64,000 nt of DNA, taken from assembly GCA_951406725.2 (NCBI GenBank), contig OX597814.1:132618001-132682000 (forward strand), given 5' to 3'. Of this stretch, positions 1 to 16,040 are shown one piece after another. The position numbers were made by a program, and so were the translations under genes. The stretch comes from Octopus vulgaris. Lineage: Eukaryota. The notes beneath the pieces are model-generated. The model saw only the letters and a program-made list of their open reading frames with translations, ran no database searches and was not told the origin of the DNA. Numbering within the stretch: the first letter of the stretch is position 1; every line of letters begins with the position of its first letter.

Positions 1-839
1 TGTGTACACATACACACACATATGTTTCACGCTCTCTCACTTTCAGCTATTTTGATGCCTGTGTAATAGGAAGTTACACCAGAGACTTGTTGACTTCTGA
101 TACACTCCACCATCACTCCTTTGGACCAGTAACTATCACCCTCTCTCCCCAGGTTTCTTGTAATTGGCATCCACCATTCTCTCTATCTATTGACCACTTC
201 TATGACTATCAGTCACTCACTTTCTTTCTGTTACCAGTGAACATGTAACTGCCATCATCTCTTCCATTATTCCCTGCCATTACTGTTTCTCTTAGATTAC
301 TTTTTTCAGTACTTTTCCCTTCTACCACTCATTCCCATTCCACACTATCTCCTGAAACTGCACCTACTCTATTCCTCCCATCTCACACTAACAACATCCT
401 CCCATTCACAGTTGTTCATCTTCTGCCATTGTTCTCTCTTCCATTCAATCTAAACAGTTTAAGCAGAAAAGAACTTTGTAGTCATACAAGATACAAGTTA
501 ATCTCACTGTCACTGGCACCATATTAAAATGCACCCAATAAACTCTATAAAGTGATAGGAGAATAAATGAATACATAGTAATACCAAGAGTACCCCTTAC
601 TCCTATTGAAGATAGGTCTCACTCTGTAGTTTTCATGCTGTGATAAGATTCACTCAGAAATTTTGCTAAGTGGTTGCTCTTATAAAGGATATCCAACCAT
701 AGAAACCTTGTCATATGTAAAAGTGTAGCAACACCAAATAAGAACTGACCCCTTGCCAAACTGATAAAATGGAAACAAAACAATGATGATGATGATGATG
801 ATGATGATCAACATATAATAATGATGATAATAATAATAA

Positions 840-1410
840 CTATTTCAAATATTTGCCACAAGGGCAGCTTGAGGGAGGTGGGGATAAGTCAATTACATCA
901 ACCCCAGTGTTCAACTGGTACTTACTTTATCAACCCTGAAAGGATGGAAGGCTAAGTCAACCTCAAATGATAATAATAATAATAAAAAATAACAATCTTT
1001 TCTGCTCTAGACACAAGGCCCAAAGTTTTGGGGAAAGGAGCCAGTCGATTAGGTCAACTCCAGTACACAACAGGTATTTAATTTATCAACCCTGAAAGGG
1101 AAGAAAGGCAAGGTTGACCTTGGCAGAATTTGAACTCAGAACGTAGCAACAGACAAACTACCGCTAAGCATTTTGTCAAATACTTAATAATAATAATAAT
1201 TGTAATAATAACAATAATAATAATGGTTTCACATTTTGGCCCAAGGCTAGCAATTTTAAAGGAAATGGTAAGTCAGTCACATTGACTCCAGTGTTCAACT
1301 GGTACTTATTTTATCGACCCCAAAAGGATGAAAGGCAAAGTTGAACTCAGCAGAATTTGAACTCAGAACATAATGACAGACAAAATTTTGCTAGGTATTT
1401 TGCCCAGTAT
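840..1410 (-). mobile_element. Three decayed copies of the same SINE family separated by (AAT)n
   Basis: Recognisable caactggtactta...gaaagg...aaggc body; most CpGs converted to TG/CA. Confidence 0.8.
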
Positions 1411-2499
1411 ATATATATATATATATATATAGTCCAACCCATGCTAGCATGGAAAGCGGACGTTAAATGATGATGATGATACATATATATATATATATAT
1501 ATGTATACAAACATTTATGCACATGCTTACAAACATACATACATATATATATTGTAATTGTTTTAAGATAAATTTTAATTGATCAACAATCACCATTGAC
1601 ATACTCAGGAAAATTATTTATTACCATGTATTCTTGGCTATTTCCAGTTGACATAATCAACTTGAAACAATGATTTTGAATGGTAAATAAAAATTCATTA
1701 AAACATTGATGAGGAATTTCGCTTTTATATTAAGAAACAAATCACAAAATGCAAGACAACAAATAAACAATAACTCTATAGTTAATTAATAGACATACAT
1801 ATATTATATAGATTATTATTCACAGATGTGTCCTTTATCAAAGATTCACTATTATACATGCAAATATAAGACAACAAATAAAATATAATGAAAATCTATG
1901 ACAATGATCTGTCATCAATTTGCATTATATGAAGTACTTGCATTATATAATCACAAGTAAATGATATGCAAAGTATATTATTTGGGATTTAAACATTAAT
2001 ATATAATATATATCTCTACATACTACTCCTGTTTAGCTCACCGACAGTGTCCTGAGCATACAGACACTCATACACATGCACACATAGTCACACATGGATG
2101 CAAACTTATACTCATATGTGTACACACATACACACATATGTGTCTGTGTTTGTGTCTGTGTGTGAATTGGCATTCATATTGTTTAAAAGTCATAAGATTT
2201 TTGTAGCCTATGGAGTTATGCAAATACTTGTGGAGTTCCATTCTTCATTCTGTTACCCTGAACATTCTTGTGGGAGTTATGGTGTTGCTATCATGTCATA
2301 TGTCTAGTGGATTTAAACAATACACACACACATTTGTATATTAATGGTTGATTTTATATCAAATTATAATAAAGACAATTTTTGCATTAAGCTGAAGGAC
2401 TACTCAATATTTCTTTAGAGTATATGTTTATTATTCTCTAACACAAACAGTATTGACAGTAACTCTGAAAGGTTAGCAGGCCCAAACTTCAAATCTATT

Positions 2500-2930
2500 G
2501 CACACACACACATGACTAAATGTAAGCACATATATGTATTTGCTGGCACAGTTAGTGTGGAGGCCCTCATTACCTCATCACAGCTGTGCTGGGTGGGACA
2601 TGTTTGCAAGACAGATGGTGGCAGGCTCCCAAAGGCAGTTTCTAAGCTAAACTGCATCAGGGCAGAAGGAGCTGTGCTGGCAAGAGGTTGTGATAGGGAT
2701 GTGCAGGAGAGACATATGAAGAACTCTGGCATCTGTCCAGACACCAGGGAGGAGAGAGAGCCTTGCAGTGCACTGAATGGCATTGATTGCTACAGCTTGT
2801 AATTCCAGCCATTGATGAGAAACAGCAGAGAGAATGCCAAAGAGCAGATGAAAAGCACCACTTCTTCATTTTATCAAGTAGCTTCATCTACAGCAGATAG
2901 CATCACTGCTGCAATCATCAGTAATCATCA
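2500..2930 (+). mobile_element. Degenerate RTE-clade LINE fragment (post-RT region)
   Basis: SVEALITSSQLCWVGHVCKTDGGRLPKAV matches the RTE motif QLRWAGHV.RM...RLPK. Confidence 0.7.
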
Positions 2931-3103
2931 AGTCTGCCAGAGATGATTATTGAGCAAGAACAGTCAATGTCTACATATCACAGACAATCAACAATATATA
3001 TTGAAACGTTAAAGACTTTTTCACTTGCCGAGTGTTATACTAATACATCTGTTTGTTGTCTACACCACCTGTCTTCGTCTTTTGTTGTTTTTTTGTGAAT
3101 TCT

Positions 3104-3154
<51 letters not shown>

Positions 3155-4144
3155 TGTGTGTATGTATCTGTGTATATATATACATGGCTAGATATATATA
3201 TATATATATATCATAATCATTATCATCATCATTTAACGTCCGCTTTCCATGCTAGCATGTGTAGGACGATTTGACTGAGGACTGGTGAACCAGATGGCTG
3301 CACCAGGCTCCAATCTTGATCAGGCAGAGTTTCTACAGCTGGATACCCTTCTTAACACAACCACTCCAAGAGTGTAGTGGATGCTTATGTATGTATGTAC
3401 GTATGTGTGTATCTGTAAAGGAGGATCAGAATGATTACACTTTGCTTTGATTACAATTGTTAGAAGATTAATTCAACAATTAGATACGCAAATCAGATTG
3501 AAGCATTTTTTCTTTACATATAGGCAGAATGATGATTTGGTATCTATGATTTAAGATATTTAATAAGGTTATCTTAAGCATAACACACCATTAAAACGTA
3601 TAGCTTTATCAATGTCTTAATATATGTTGTATCATATAGCTTATAATCCATGTCCTTAAGAGCAATATACTTGGATATGCATAAATATATGAGTGAGTGG
3701 ACAAAGAAACGAAAGAGACACTCATGTTTTTGTAGAAGTTACATGTGTTATTATTATTTAAAACAAGTTTGCCTTTGCAGCTGCTTTCATTTGGCTTAGC
3801 TTAGTTGAAGTTTATAGAGACAGATTTTCTATGGAAAATTATACTTCTTGAGCAAAACTCTTTATTTCACATTGCTCCAGTCTACTCAGCTGCCAAAAGT
3901 AAGTAGCACCTGTGTTCGAAAGGGCCAGCCTCGTCACACTCTGTGTGATGCTGAATCTCCCTGAGAACAATGTTAAGGGTACACGTATCTGTGGAGTGCT
4001 CAGTCACATGCACATTAATTTCATGAGGAGGCTGTTCCGTTCATTGGATGAACTGGAACATTGTCGTCATAGCCAACAGAGTGCCTCCCATATTTTGCTA
4101 GAAAATGTGAGTAGTGTCTATAGGCATATATAGATCATCATCAT

Positions 4145-4208
<64 letters not shown>

Positions 4209-5037
4209 TTGCTTGTTTCTGTGAGTGTGTATGTATGTGTTTGTGTGCTAGAAAGAATAACGGAAAACAAAATCACCAATAAGATTCCTTCCAACATCTG
4301 AATCAATAACTCTGACAACACATCACTGTTATGTAAGTTGAATGAATAATTTCTTCAGGATACAATTTCCATTAATTTAAAACACATATTAATGTTGTAT
4401 ACACATTGTATACACATAGATATTAATGTATGTATATGTATTATAAATGTTTTATATGCATATACATATATATATATATGATCCTTGATCTAATGACCAA
4501 GAAGTTCATTATAAAATAATCAAAAGTTTTAAGAGTATGTGTTATGAACTTATGGTTAATCATTTAAGAATTGACCTTACATTTTCACAATTTTATCATG
4601 TTCTTATAAACTTAACTTTAAAGGTATTGAAATTTGAAAACTATTGGTGAGTATATATAAAGTTCAAATTAAAAAGAATTGAAATTGTTTAATGAAAATA
4701 ATAATGAAAATATATTTAATTTGCATGCTAGTAACTATTTCTCAAAATGATTTGGGAGTGGGGGAGATTGTCTTTTATGTGGGATTATTTTGTGTGTGTG
4801 TGTAATATATAATATATATGTATATATAGATGTATGTATGTATATTATATGTATGTATATTTATATGTGTGTGTGTATATATATATGTATTTATGTATAT
4901 ATGTATGTATGTAGGTATGTACTCTTTTACACTTTTATGTATGTATGCATGCATTCATGCATGTATGTTTATACATATTTCCTCATTTTACATTCATTAT
5001 TCCATGCTTATACAGACAGAACATATGGACATCTATA

Positions 5038-5081
<44 letters not shown>

Positions 5082-7229
5082 TATGTAACAGAAATGTTTC
5101 ATACTGTTTTTTTTTTATTGTTTTGGTTTGAAAGCACTTATATTTACTGATTGTTCTTATTACAAATCAGTTAATAAAATATATTTTCATATTCATAGAA
5201 ATAAAGTTCAAATTCCAAAATCTTTTGTAATTACTCAAAACAGTATTAACAAATCCTACCATATGTCTCTCTCTCTGTCTATACGCTTTCCTCCGTCTGT
5301 CTCTCTCTCACATTCTCTCTCTCCCTCCCATATGCATTCTGTGTCTCTTTTTCAATATGTTCTCTCTTTATTGTATATAGTATAATTTGTGTGGCATCTC
5401 TGGCAAGTCTTTTTTTCTAGAGCCAAGTTAGACCCAAGCCTAGAGAGTGGAATCTGTAGAAGGAACAGTGAGATATATATATTTATACACGTGTGTGTGT
5501 GCATATATATATATACACACACACATGTGTGTATGTGTGTGTGTGTATGTGCATGCATGTGTGTGTATGTGCATGCATGTGTGTGTATGTATGTATGTAT
5601 GTAAGTAAGTATGTATGTATGTATGTATGCATGTATGTATGTATGCATGTTTTTGTGTATTATATATAGGTATGCATAGCAAGACATGAGCCTTGAAGGC
5701 AAAAGATTTTCAAAGACTAAAATGAATTGAAACTAAAATGCTCTGATGGATATGCAAAGTTCGGGTGCATGAATGTAGGAGTACAAATGATCTAAAAGAA
5801 AAAAGAATATCTGTTATAAGAAAAATCAGGTGTAGTGTGCAACTATACTAGTCCTGACAAGTAATACATATGCAGAATTACTATGTTTGAAAAAAGGGAA
5901 CTTCAGAAAACTTGGAACAAAGACTGATGACTGACCTGAAGATGCTACATCTCACAGAAGACATGACAAAGGACCATACAGATTGATGATATACATCAGA
6001 AGATCCATAGAAAAACAAACCCAAACACAAAGCTAGTTCTTAAGAAGCTATAATGCACATATAATTTACACACACACACACACACACATACACACACATA
6101 CACATGTATTTATAAAGAATTTACAGCATGGAAGATTCTGAGTAGCCATTCAAAAACTGACTTTTAACTTCACATAAACATTTATTATTTGGTGTCAACC
6201 TAGACTGTCTCCAGAATAGGGCCATCATCCCTCATTTCAGCCTGTGGCCTACCAATTCACTATTTTTCACCTCTGCTTTTCTGTCACAATAACGCCTCCA
6301 CTCCTTGAAGGTGGCTGAACTCATGCCACCTCTACTCAAGCATTCTTGACCTACTTGCTCTTATTCCCCTTATCATCCTTGTTATGTTCAGTTCTACAGT
6401 CCCTGCACTAATCACTACACCCAAGCTTTCTACCCTAGAACATTGGCTCCTTGGAACTTCTTCCCTATATATATCTTTTATACAGGTGTTGGCTTGCAAT
6501 AGTTAAGGGAAACATTAATGGCATCAACCCCCACCAATTTCTGAGAGTCTGCAAAAGCCATAGTCTTTTTCCTCTAGACTCAGCTTGCAAAATAAGTGTT
6601 TGAGAGCTGTTAAAATTATAAGCTTTTTTTTAATCTCCATATAATATTGAAACTATCTCTTAAAGCACCAATGCACAGTTGTTCTATAATATAGATCCAT
6701 TACAACAGAATATAGAATAATTCATTAATGAGTTTATCCAGAAAATAAATAGAATAAAGATATATATGTTAATAAAAATATAATATGAAATTTTTGACTA
6801 TCTTGATGCTTTGTCATTTTGAATATTGGTAAAGTTATAGTTTACTTTTGGCAACTAATTAGATAATTTGAAGAAAATCAATTTGATACTTGCAGATGCA
6901 AGGGAAAATAGATTAATCAATGGTTTGCTTAACAAACAGCTAAGGGTTCGAAAGTATTTGTCATGACTAGCAGTTGCTATAATTAAGTCACATAAGCAAT
7001 AATATAATGCTCACATGTGTTTCATTAGTTGAAAGCTCATTTAAAGTTTATGCTTATTCATTTGAGATATCACCTTCTTCCGGAGAAGCAGAATTGGGTG
7101 TTGAGCAAATAATCTAAGACAGAGTCTATGATATAGATATAATGCTTGCAGATATGAATGACAGAAAGAATTGTGTCAAGATCATGTGTTATAATATGGT
7201 ATTTGTTTGACAATATAATAATAATAATG

Positions 7230-7277
<48 letters not shown>

Positions 7278-10200
7278 GTATATTTATGAATCAATCTAAA
7301 CATGCATAGTAATGGAATAACCCAAAATAAGTGAAGCCAGTGTCAGGTAGCACTTGATTCCATATTTTCAAGAAATTTGGCACACAAACTAATAATCTTT
7401 CTAATTAGTTAGAACTAACTAATTATGTGTTTCTAGTCTATTCACTTCCAAATTTAATTTTCATAAAGCCATAACAAACTGATTTATCCGATATATGAAT
7501 GCGCTGAAATGTATTGATTGTGACTCCCATACTTCTATTATACAACTATTATTCTGTCTTTGTAAAAGGCATATAAGTCTGTTTTCCTCAGTTTCTCTGA
7601 TTGCAAACAAAAGATTTCTGTCCTGTTGCACAGTTAAATAATTAGTAGCAGGAGGAACATCTAGCTGTAGAGGTATTTAATTTAAAAAATACCGAAATCT
7701 CCAAAACTTATTAAAGAAACAGTTTTATCCATGATTACATGAAACAAATTGATGTAAAACAGTAAAAAAAAAATCTTCAATAGCTGCACAAAGAAGTACA
7801 AGATAATATAATTAAAATATAGCTGCACAGGTTTATTTCAATTCACAGTTAGCTTTAGCAAACACACTCACACAAATACATGTGCACACACACATATACA
7901 TGCATGCACTCACACATACACACATGCAAACACACACACACACACACACACACATACACACACATACACACACATACACTTCAGGATATAACTATCACAG
8001 ATCATGCTTAATTATCTCTTGTTTCTGCATCAGAATCCAGATTTCTTTTTAACTGAGGGCATAGCTGCACTGCTCTTGATGATAACACTCCCGTAGAGCC
8101 TTCTACATATATTTCTAGGATATCAGTCACAAATGATTGCTGTAATTTCTAATGCCTGACTACTGATTTGAACTAGCTACATTCTGGGGCCATAAACAAT
8201 ATTCTGAGGTGTAGTGCTTTATTATGACATTCATGGGTTTTACTGAGATTTACAACACAACCATTCTTGCTATGACTCCTGTCAGAAATTTTCTGGGAAT
8301 TGTGCTAAAACTAATTTCTTACTTTCAAAATGTCTTCTAGTCTTGCAAACAACAATTTCAAGTTCCCAAACACCTTGATGCTTGGTTGATTTTAAAATTA
8401 ATGGGAAACTTGGATTCAAATACAAAGTAGAAATAAATATCTTACCATTCTAGTCACATGACAAAATTTTCATTTCTGTTAAAACTTATAGACCATCTTC
8501 TGTGAAAGAAATATGGCCAATCACATATATAATTAAATACATGAAGATAACTTCAAGCTATACCATTAATTTACAACACAATTTAGTCATGTAGTTATAA
8601 TTTGGAATGCCATATACTAAACAAGATTAACAGCACAATAGAGAATAATATTACAGCAAGATCCTCACACCAGTTATGCACTCGTTCTGATGTACTGAGG
8701 TATGGAATAGCTGCTGCTAGAATGAAGGATAATGAAATAGATTTTGTATTAAATATATATTGTACTAACCACATTCCTCATAATATCAAAATTACATTAT
8801 TGTAAAGGTGTTTGATATAGAATGCAATATATTATATGGAACCCAAGATCAGTGAAGCTCAAAATATCTGTCACCCTGGAAATAAAAAACAAAGCCAAAT
8901 TGAAAAAGGTTGCTGAAAATAAAAAAAGTTTTACAGGAGAAAAAAAAAGACCTATAAAGGCTAAAATATGGGAACTGATTTGAAATTTTCTGTTTTACTC
9001 TGCACCATTGAAAATAACGTAGGAAGGAAAAATTTTGATAAACAAATTTAGAACCTCTCATAGTTGAATAAATAACCACCATATGATGGATCCTCAAGAC
9101 ATGGAAAATACTCTATCAGTCACCTAAATATGCAAAGATCTAATTGCAAATATGACAAAAACTATCGTAACACTGATGTTTTACTATGCAGTCACATGGA
9201 ATCTTTCTGTTCTGGATAGTTCTAACTTATTTAGTATACATTGTATTATAATTTGTAATGTTATTTGAACAGTACCTAATCATGAGAAATATATCTATTC
9301 ACTGCTGGAAAGACAGCCAGTAAAAGTCAAGTATTTTGATCAGTTACTTGACAATATTAGACATGTTAGAATACTGTACTTCCTTAATTTAAACACTATA
9401 ATTGTTTCCAACTGGAATTTTCCTATATAATAAAACAGCTGGTCTTAACATGGTCAAAATATTTTAGTAACATTAGATATAGATTTATGTAAGTTTAACA
9501 TGCAATAAATTTAAAAGCTGTTATATTCTTAATAATGTTTATCTGTTTATTTAGTGTGAATATTTTCAGCAAAAATAAATATATCAATAACCCATTCATT
9601 ATTATTCATGTAATTTTTCCTTTTAAACATCTGGAAAATTCTGGCAGATATTAAAAAATTAGGATGGATTTAGACTGGTAAATAAATTGATACAATGGAA
9701 ATGTTATGAAATGCAAGGTTTCTGATTACAAATTATGTACATGATTTATAATTGAATTAGAAAGAAATTAGGAAGAAAATAACGATTCAAGATTCAACTG
9801 AAGTAAATTATACAATAGCAAACAAATATTATAAACATAAACCAAGGTGATATTAAAATATCTGAAAACATTGATGTATATACATGCATATACAGATTCA
9901 TATACATGTATGCATATATATACATACATGTACATATTTATAAATGTATCTCTCTTTCTCTCTCTCTTCCTCTCTCATTCCCTTTGTAAAAATACATATA
10001 AACATGCATGCATATATATATATATATATGCATGTATGTATGTATATATGTATATACAAATATATATACATATATATATATGTGTGTGTGTGTATGCATG
10101 TATATATGTATATTTATGTATTTATGGATATATATATATATATATATATATATTTATTATTTGTAACCACACACACACTCATAAATATTCATATATGTGT

Positions 10201-12422
10201 GTGTGTGTATGTGTGTGTGTGTGTGTGTGTACATATATGCAAATACACATATATTATTCTTTCTTTTTTATTAACAGCTGTGTAATAGGTATTAACATCT
10301 CAGCCTAGATCTACTAGTTTCACCATAAACTGACTTTCCAGATAACATAAGATCCATTATTCCACCTTTTTAAGTAAAGGTTTTCGTAAAATTCTATGTA
10401 TGATAGTAGAATTTTGGATTGTCCCGTATATTACATGAAAAGGCATGCTATGGTGAAACTATTAATTATAATATAAACTTATAATAATCAATTATTAATA
10501 AAACTATATCATACTCTGTCGCTAAGCATTGAATTCTCTTTTACTTAATATTGATTTTTAATTTACTACACACACACATAAACACACACACACTCAGATA
10601 ATATATAAAAAATAATCAAAGGATATAACAATAAATATAGGATTATACAAAGAAAGATCATAAGCGATGGTAGGGAATAATAATTTTATGAAGAAGTCAT
10701 CACCAATGGAATAGCAAGAGGGAGAGAGAGGGAGAGAGAGGGAGAGAGAGGGGGGAGATACCCAAACTTTGTTTCATTTAATAATTTTAGTTTATGTATA
10801 AATGTCTCTGACATTATTTCTGCTTTATGTTAATATGACAATTTGGGTGAAACACCATAAATTTCAAGAATAAGGGATATAATTCCATAATAAATTTTCA
10901 TTAACTATTTTTATACAAAAATTAAGTGATATAGCTGACATAAAAGAAAATATTGAAAATTCTTCGTGTTCTGACCATTCCATGTATCTTCAATATTCTT
11001 AATATTTTCCCATTGCGAAAGAAATACTACCAAAACAAACAAAAAACAAAAAAAAAAAAGGATGAAAAAGAAGAAAAACAGGGAAAAAAATCTTGAAATT
11101 TTATATCACTTATAAAAATTTCATCACAAGAATATAATAGATTTAGCCATCAATATTCTTGTCAGGGTAACTAGCAATATATAAATATATACAAACACTG
11201 ATTTTTCCCTGCCACACACAGGCACACTGCTAGCTAACCTACATTTCTGAGTTCTATAGTCCTCCTTTAATAATACTAACATCAACATTAGGAATAGTAA
11301 CAATGCTTAATGTCTCAAGGACATTAGAAATATAAAGCAAACTGTCCCAACTGATATGAGACGAAAAATAAAAAGGAAAAAGTAAATAAAATTACCAACA
11401 ATTTGAGAATTAATCTACTCAAGAGAAATTTAGTGCCAAACAAGCTGCACCTGCCAAAAGCAACAACGAAAACAATAATTCAGATGATGATGATGATGAT
11501 AATGATAATGATCGTGTTATGATGAAGAGAAGGAAGAGTAAGAGGTACAAGAGGTTTAGAAGGAGAGTAATGATAACAAATAATGGTATTTAACATTGGC
11601 ACAAGGCAAAAAGATTTTTGTGTTTTTTTGTTTTTTGTTTTTCACTGTTTTTTTTTTATTATTATGGTTAATTAAACAGACCCAGTTTTTGAGTGGTTTG
11701 GTACTTAATTTCATCAACCCCAGAATGAAAGACAAAATTGCCTTTGGCAAGATCTTAACTGAATTCAAAACTTAAAGTGACGTAACTTAAATCCGCAAAG
11801 TATTTTTCTAGTATTCAGTAAACTCTACTAATTGATCTTTAAAATCAACCTCTTTTAGCAAGAAAGAGTGGATAGTCATTTTTGGCCTGTGGTTATAGTG
11901 AAAGAAACTGGGTGTTGGACATAGTGGAAGGTTTGAAAGACATAACTTTTACTCTCAGGCTCAGGCCAAGTCCGTATGAATTTCTTCAAGAACCAGTTGA
12001 GACTGACAGTGAAGATAGTAAAAAATATGCTGGCCTGCAGTAAATTATTTTGAAATGTGGATGAGCATGGCTAAAAGAGACTATCTATACCAATAAAGGC
12101 TAGCAGCAAGATCTGGGAGAAGGTACTCACTGTTGATGTGTCTGCTGGGAAACCAGAGGCTATCTTTTGGATGTTCCAAATCATTCAATATTGCCCTTCT
12201 TCCATTATGGGATGCCTTTCTTGTTATTCTATTCTTCTATACTATTATTGCTATTTATTGTTGCCTTTAAATTAATGTTTTTATTTATTTTTATTTTTTG
12301 CTAATCTCACTCTTTCACTAGAATCATAAACCCTACCAATTCCTTTTTGCAGTTTATTATGTATTGTCCCCAATAATTTTCCTAAACCAGATTTTGGATG
12401 GTGTATTCTAAATGTGGCAATA

Positions 12423-12945
12423 CCGTAAATCCTCGAGTATTGTCCACCCTTGAGTATAATACGCAGGGGATTTTTAGGGGGCTGTACCTCTGAAAAACTT
12501 AAACCTTGTGTATAATACGCACCCCTTCTCTAACTTGAGTCAAGGAAGTCTATATAACGTCCTTGGTTCGTAAAAATGTATACAATAACATCATTTATTA
12601 TTATTGTATATATAACATAATGCAAACGTGTAGCTTTTTTGCACATTTTGTTGGCAGAAAATAAAGAAATAACAGTAATAACAGTAATAACATCTAATAA
12701 ATGTTGCTTACTGCAAGTTATGGATGATTCTTTTATGACTTCATTGCTTTCTGGCTTAGCTTAATGTATTTTCACACCCGACATCACAAAATGCATCTGA
12801 ATAAACATTGCCAGACAGCAAATAGAGACTCGGACATTGCTTAGAAAATAATTTTCAGTTTTAACCTCGTATATAGTAAGCACTAGGGATTTTGACCTTT
12901 AAATTTTCGGGGTAAAAAATGCGGATTATACTCAAGGATTTACGG
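12423..12945. mobile_element. Tc1/mariner-pogo (Tigger-like) MITE
   Basis: TIR ccgtaaatcctcgagtat / atactcaaggatttacgg with TA duplications at 12421-22 and 12946-47; no ORF. Confidence 0.8.
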
Positions 12946-13172
12946 TACATGCTCTTGTATGTTTTTTTCTGTCAATTTCTCTTACTTCATGATATGTTCA
13001 GCAGAGTGAATTATAACTATAACAGCCAGAATATTGATGCCTATTGCCTTCTTATCATTATTTATTTATGTTTAGCTCTGTTGCATCTATTAACGTCACT
13101 TCTATATTTGTTCTTAAACTTTTCTTTTCTTTGTGTGTTATACAGTGTGTTGTTCATTCTCTAATTCATTGA

Positions 13173-13228
<56 letters not shown>

Positions 13229-13575
13229 CGTTGTTGTTGTTCGTTGTTGTTGTTACTTTGTTTTATACAATCTTTTCAAGTCTCAGCTACAGACCTCAAA
13301 TAACAGCAAGGTGGATGTTTTACTGTGGGTGTTATTTATGATTAGCAATGATATATTGTAGGGAAAGGTAGGACCAGATTCTTAGAACTAAGATTCTATT
13401 AAATTTGTAACATTTTGATTTTGGAAGAGTTTTAAGAGAATAGGCATTTCCAGGTTGACAGTATTTTCTTTATGATGTGGCAAGAACCCATGAGAAGAAA
13501 TTTTTGTAGTTCTAATACTTTTGGGTTTCCTGGTATTTGACCATAGTGTTTCAGAGTGCTATTTGGTATCATCCC

Positions 13576-13635
<60 letters not shown>

Positions 13636-13793
13636 TTCCTATACACACAGCAAATTGGACTGTTGGAAAAAAAACATTCCTAGCAACCTAGTAATACTGT
13701 CCTTAGTAATACTGTTTTCGGGAGCTGCACTAAACTAGGGTTTACGCCTATTTCCTCTATCCATCTGTTCTTCTTCTTCTTCTTCTTCTTCTT

Positions 13794-13890
<97 letters not shown>

Positions 13891-14584
13891 GCCTAGTAGT
13901 TCAAGTGTTGCACTTACAATTGCAAAACTGTGGATTCAATTCCTAGACCAGGGTGCTGTGTTGTGTTCTTGAGCAAAGTACTTCATCTCACATTGCTCTG
14001 CGATCACTTTGACACTTGACATGCACCGGTTCAGGCATCGTCAATTTGATGGAAGATTTGATGCAGATTGATCAACAAAAGCTGAATGCTCATACATTGT
14101 CTTTGATGGGAGAGTCCATCATTATCATTATTTTTGTTGTTATTGTTGTCATTATAAAAATCATTTTATAATTACAGTTTTATATTGGCATTATATAGTA
14201 CCTTATATTTTTACTGAACATTGAAAGCGAAATTCAAAATTTTGTGTGATGCATCATAGACATGCTAATACCAATACACCAAAGACCTTATTATTACAAA
14301 ACAAACAATAAGACCAGCATCAACTACAATAGTAATAGCTGTAGTAATAATAACAATAGCCGCATAAGTATTAGTGATATAACAATGATGATAATAATGA
14401 TTATGATGATGATAACTATTACAGCTAATAGAAGCATAAAGCCCTAACATTTTTAGGGGAGATAAATATGTATGTTACTAACATCCTAATTACATTATTT
14501 AAAAGGTAAGCAGTTTTGTCATAAAATTAGTAAGAGTTCATGATCAAATAAAGCTTGTAGTAGTAGTAATTTCTAACATGGGTG

Positions 14585-15999
14585 ATTATTTCCACTATAG
14601 ACACAAGGCCTGAAATTTTGGGGAGGGGATTAGTTGATTGCATCGACACCAGTACTCCACTGGTACTTAATTTGCTGATCCTGAAAGGATAAAATGCCAG
14701 CAGCATATTCACATATTTTAGTGCTGGGTTTTAGTTGAATTCATCAACCTTAGATTAGAACACTTACTTCTTTCATTGTCTATAGTAGGAGGACAGGATT
14801 TGGAGAAAAATTAAAAGGTGGACTTTCCTAGTTGTTTGAATTATGTCTGGCAATTGTTTGGTACTTATGTGATCTCCTTTGATGGATGAAGAGATAATTC
14901 AGCCGTGGCAGAAATTGAAGTCAGAGTGTGTAGGAATCAAACTAAATGTTATAAGGCATTTAACCAACCACTTTGACTGATCCTACCATTATCTTATATA
15001 ATCCTTTCTACTATAGGAACGAGGCCTAAAATTATTGAGGAGGGGACTAGTTAATTGCATTAATCACAGTGCTTAACTGGTAATTATTTTTATCAACCAT
15101 GAAAGGCAAAGTCGACCTTGGTGGAATTTGAACTCAGAACACGAAGATTGGCAAAATGCCACTAAGTATTTTGCTCAGCATAGTAATAATTCTGCCAGCT
15201 CACCACCTTATCATTTTATATAATAATAATAAACATTTCTATAGGTATCAGACCTCATATTTTGAGTGAGGTGTCTGGAGGTAATTATATCAACCCCAAT
15301 ATTTTATTTTATCAATGTTAGACAAATGAAAAACAAAGTTAACCTCAGGGGATTTGAACTCAGAACACAATTTTATTTATTTACTTATTTTATTTTTTAT
15401 AGAAGCACAAGAGCAGAAATAGAGAATGAATGAAAGAAAAATTGATTATAGTGATTCAGTATTTGACTGTTACTTATTATATCCAGGCCCTGAAGGATGA
15501 AAGACAAAATCAACTTCAGCAGTACTTGAACTCATTACATAGGAGATCATAACTAGATACCAATGTAATGATTCTGCCAATGATGTTAGAGAATGAGCTT
15601 CAGAAATGAAGAATTGGGTTCATTACCTAATGTATTGAATGATGCAGGCAGATTGATAAAAACTTGCAAATGATAGGCAAGAGTTTGCTAGTTTACAATT
15701 TGTTGTTGCTGCTGTTGTTGTTGTTGTTAAGTAGTTCCAGTTTGGCACTGACTGAGCAGAACAATTATTAAATTATTCCATCCATAACCAAACAGACTTT
15801 TCTTTTCAGACATCATAAATCTATTACGATGTTGTCCAATGTTTTGGTTTTTAAGATAGTAGAGTGTGATTTAAGAGAAATTGATCTCTTTTCTTTCAGT
15901 AGAACTAACGATTACATAGAGGCTCTATTTTTTGGCTTGTAATTTTGTCACCTATTAATAAATTGTAGACAATAAACCAGTTAACAAAGACTGGAAACT

Positions 16000-16040
<41 letters not shown>

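Noticed and set aside
8446-8499. Minus-strand segment bounded by ctttcacag and gtaag, exon-like
   Set aside because: Stops in all three frames and no supporting neighbouring exons; at most a non-coding exon.
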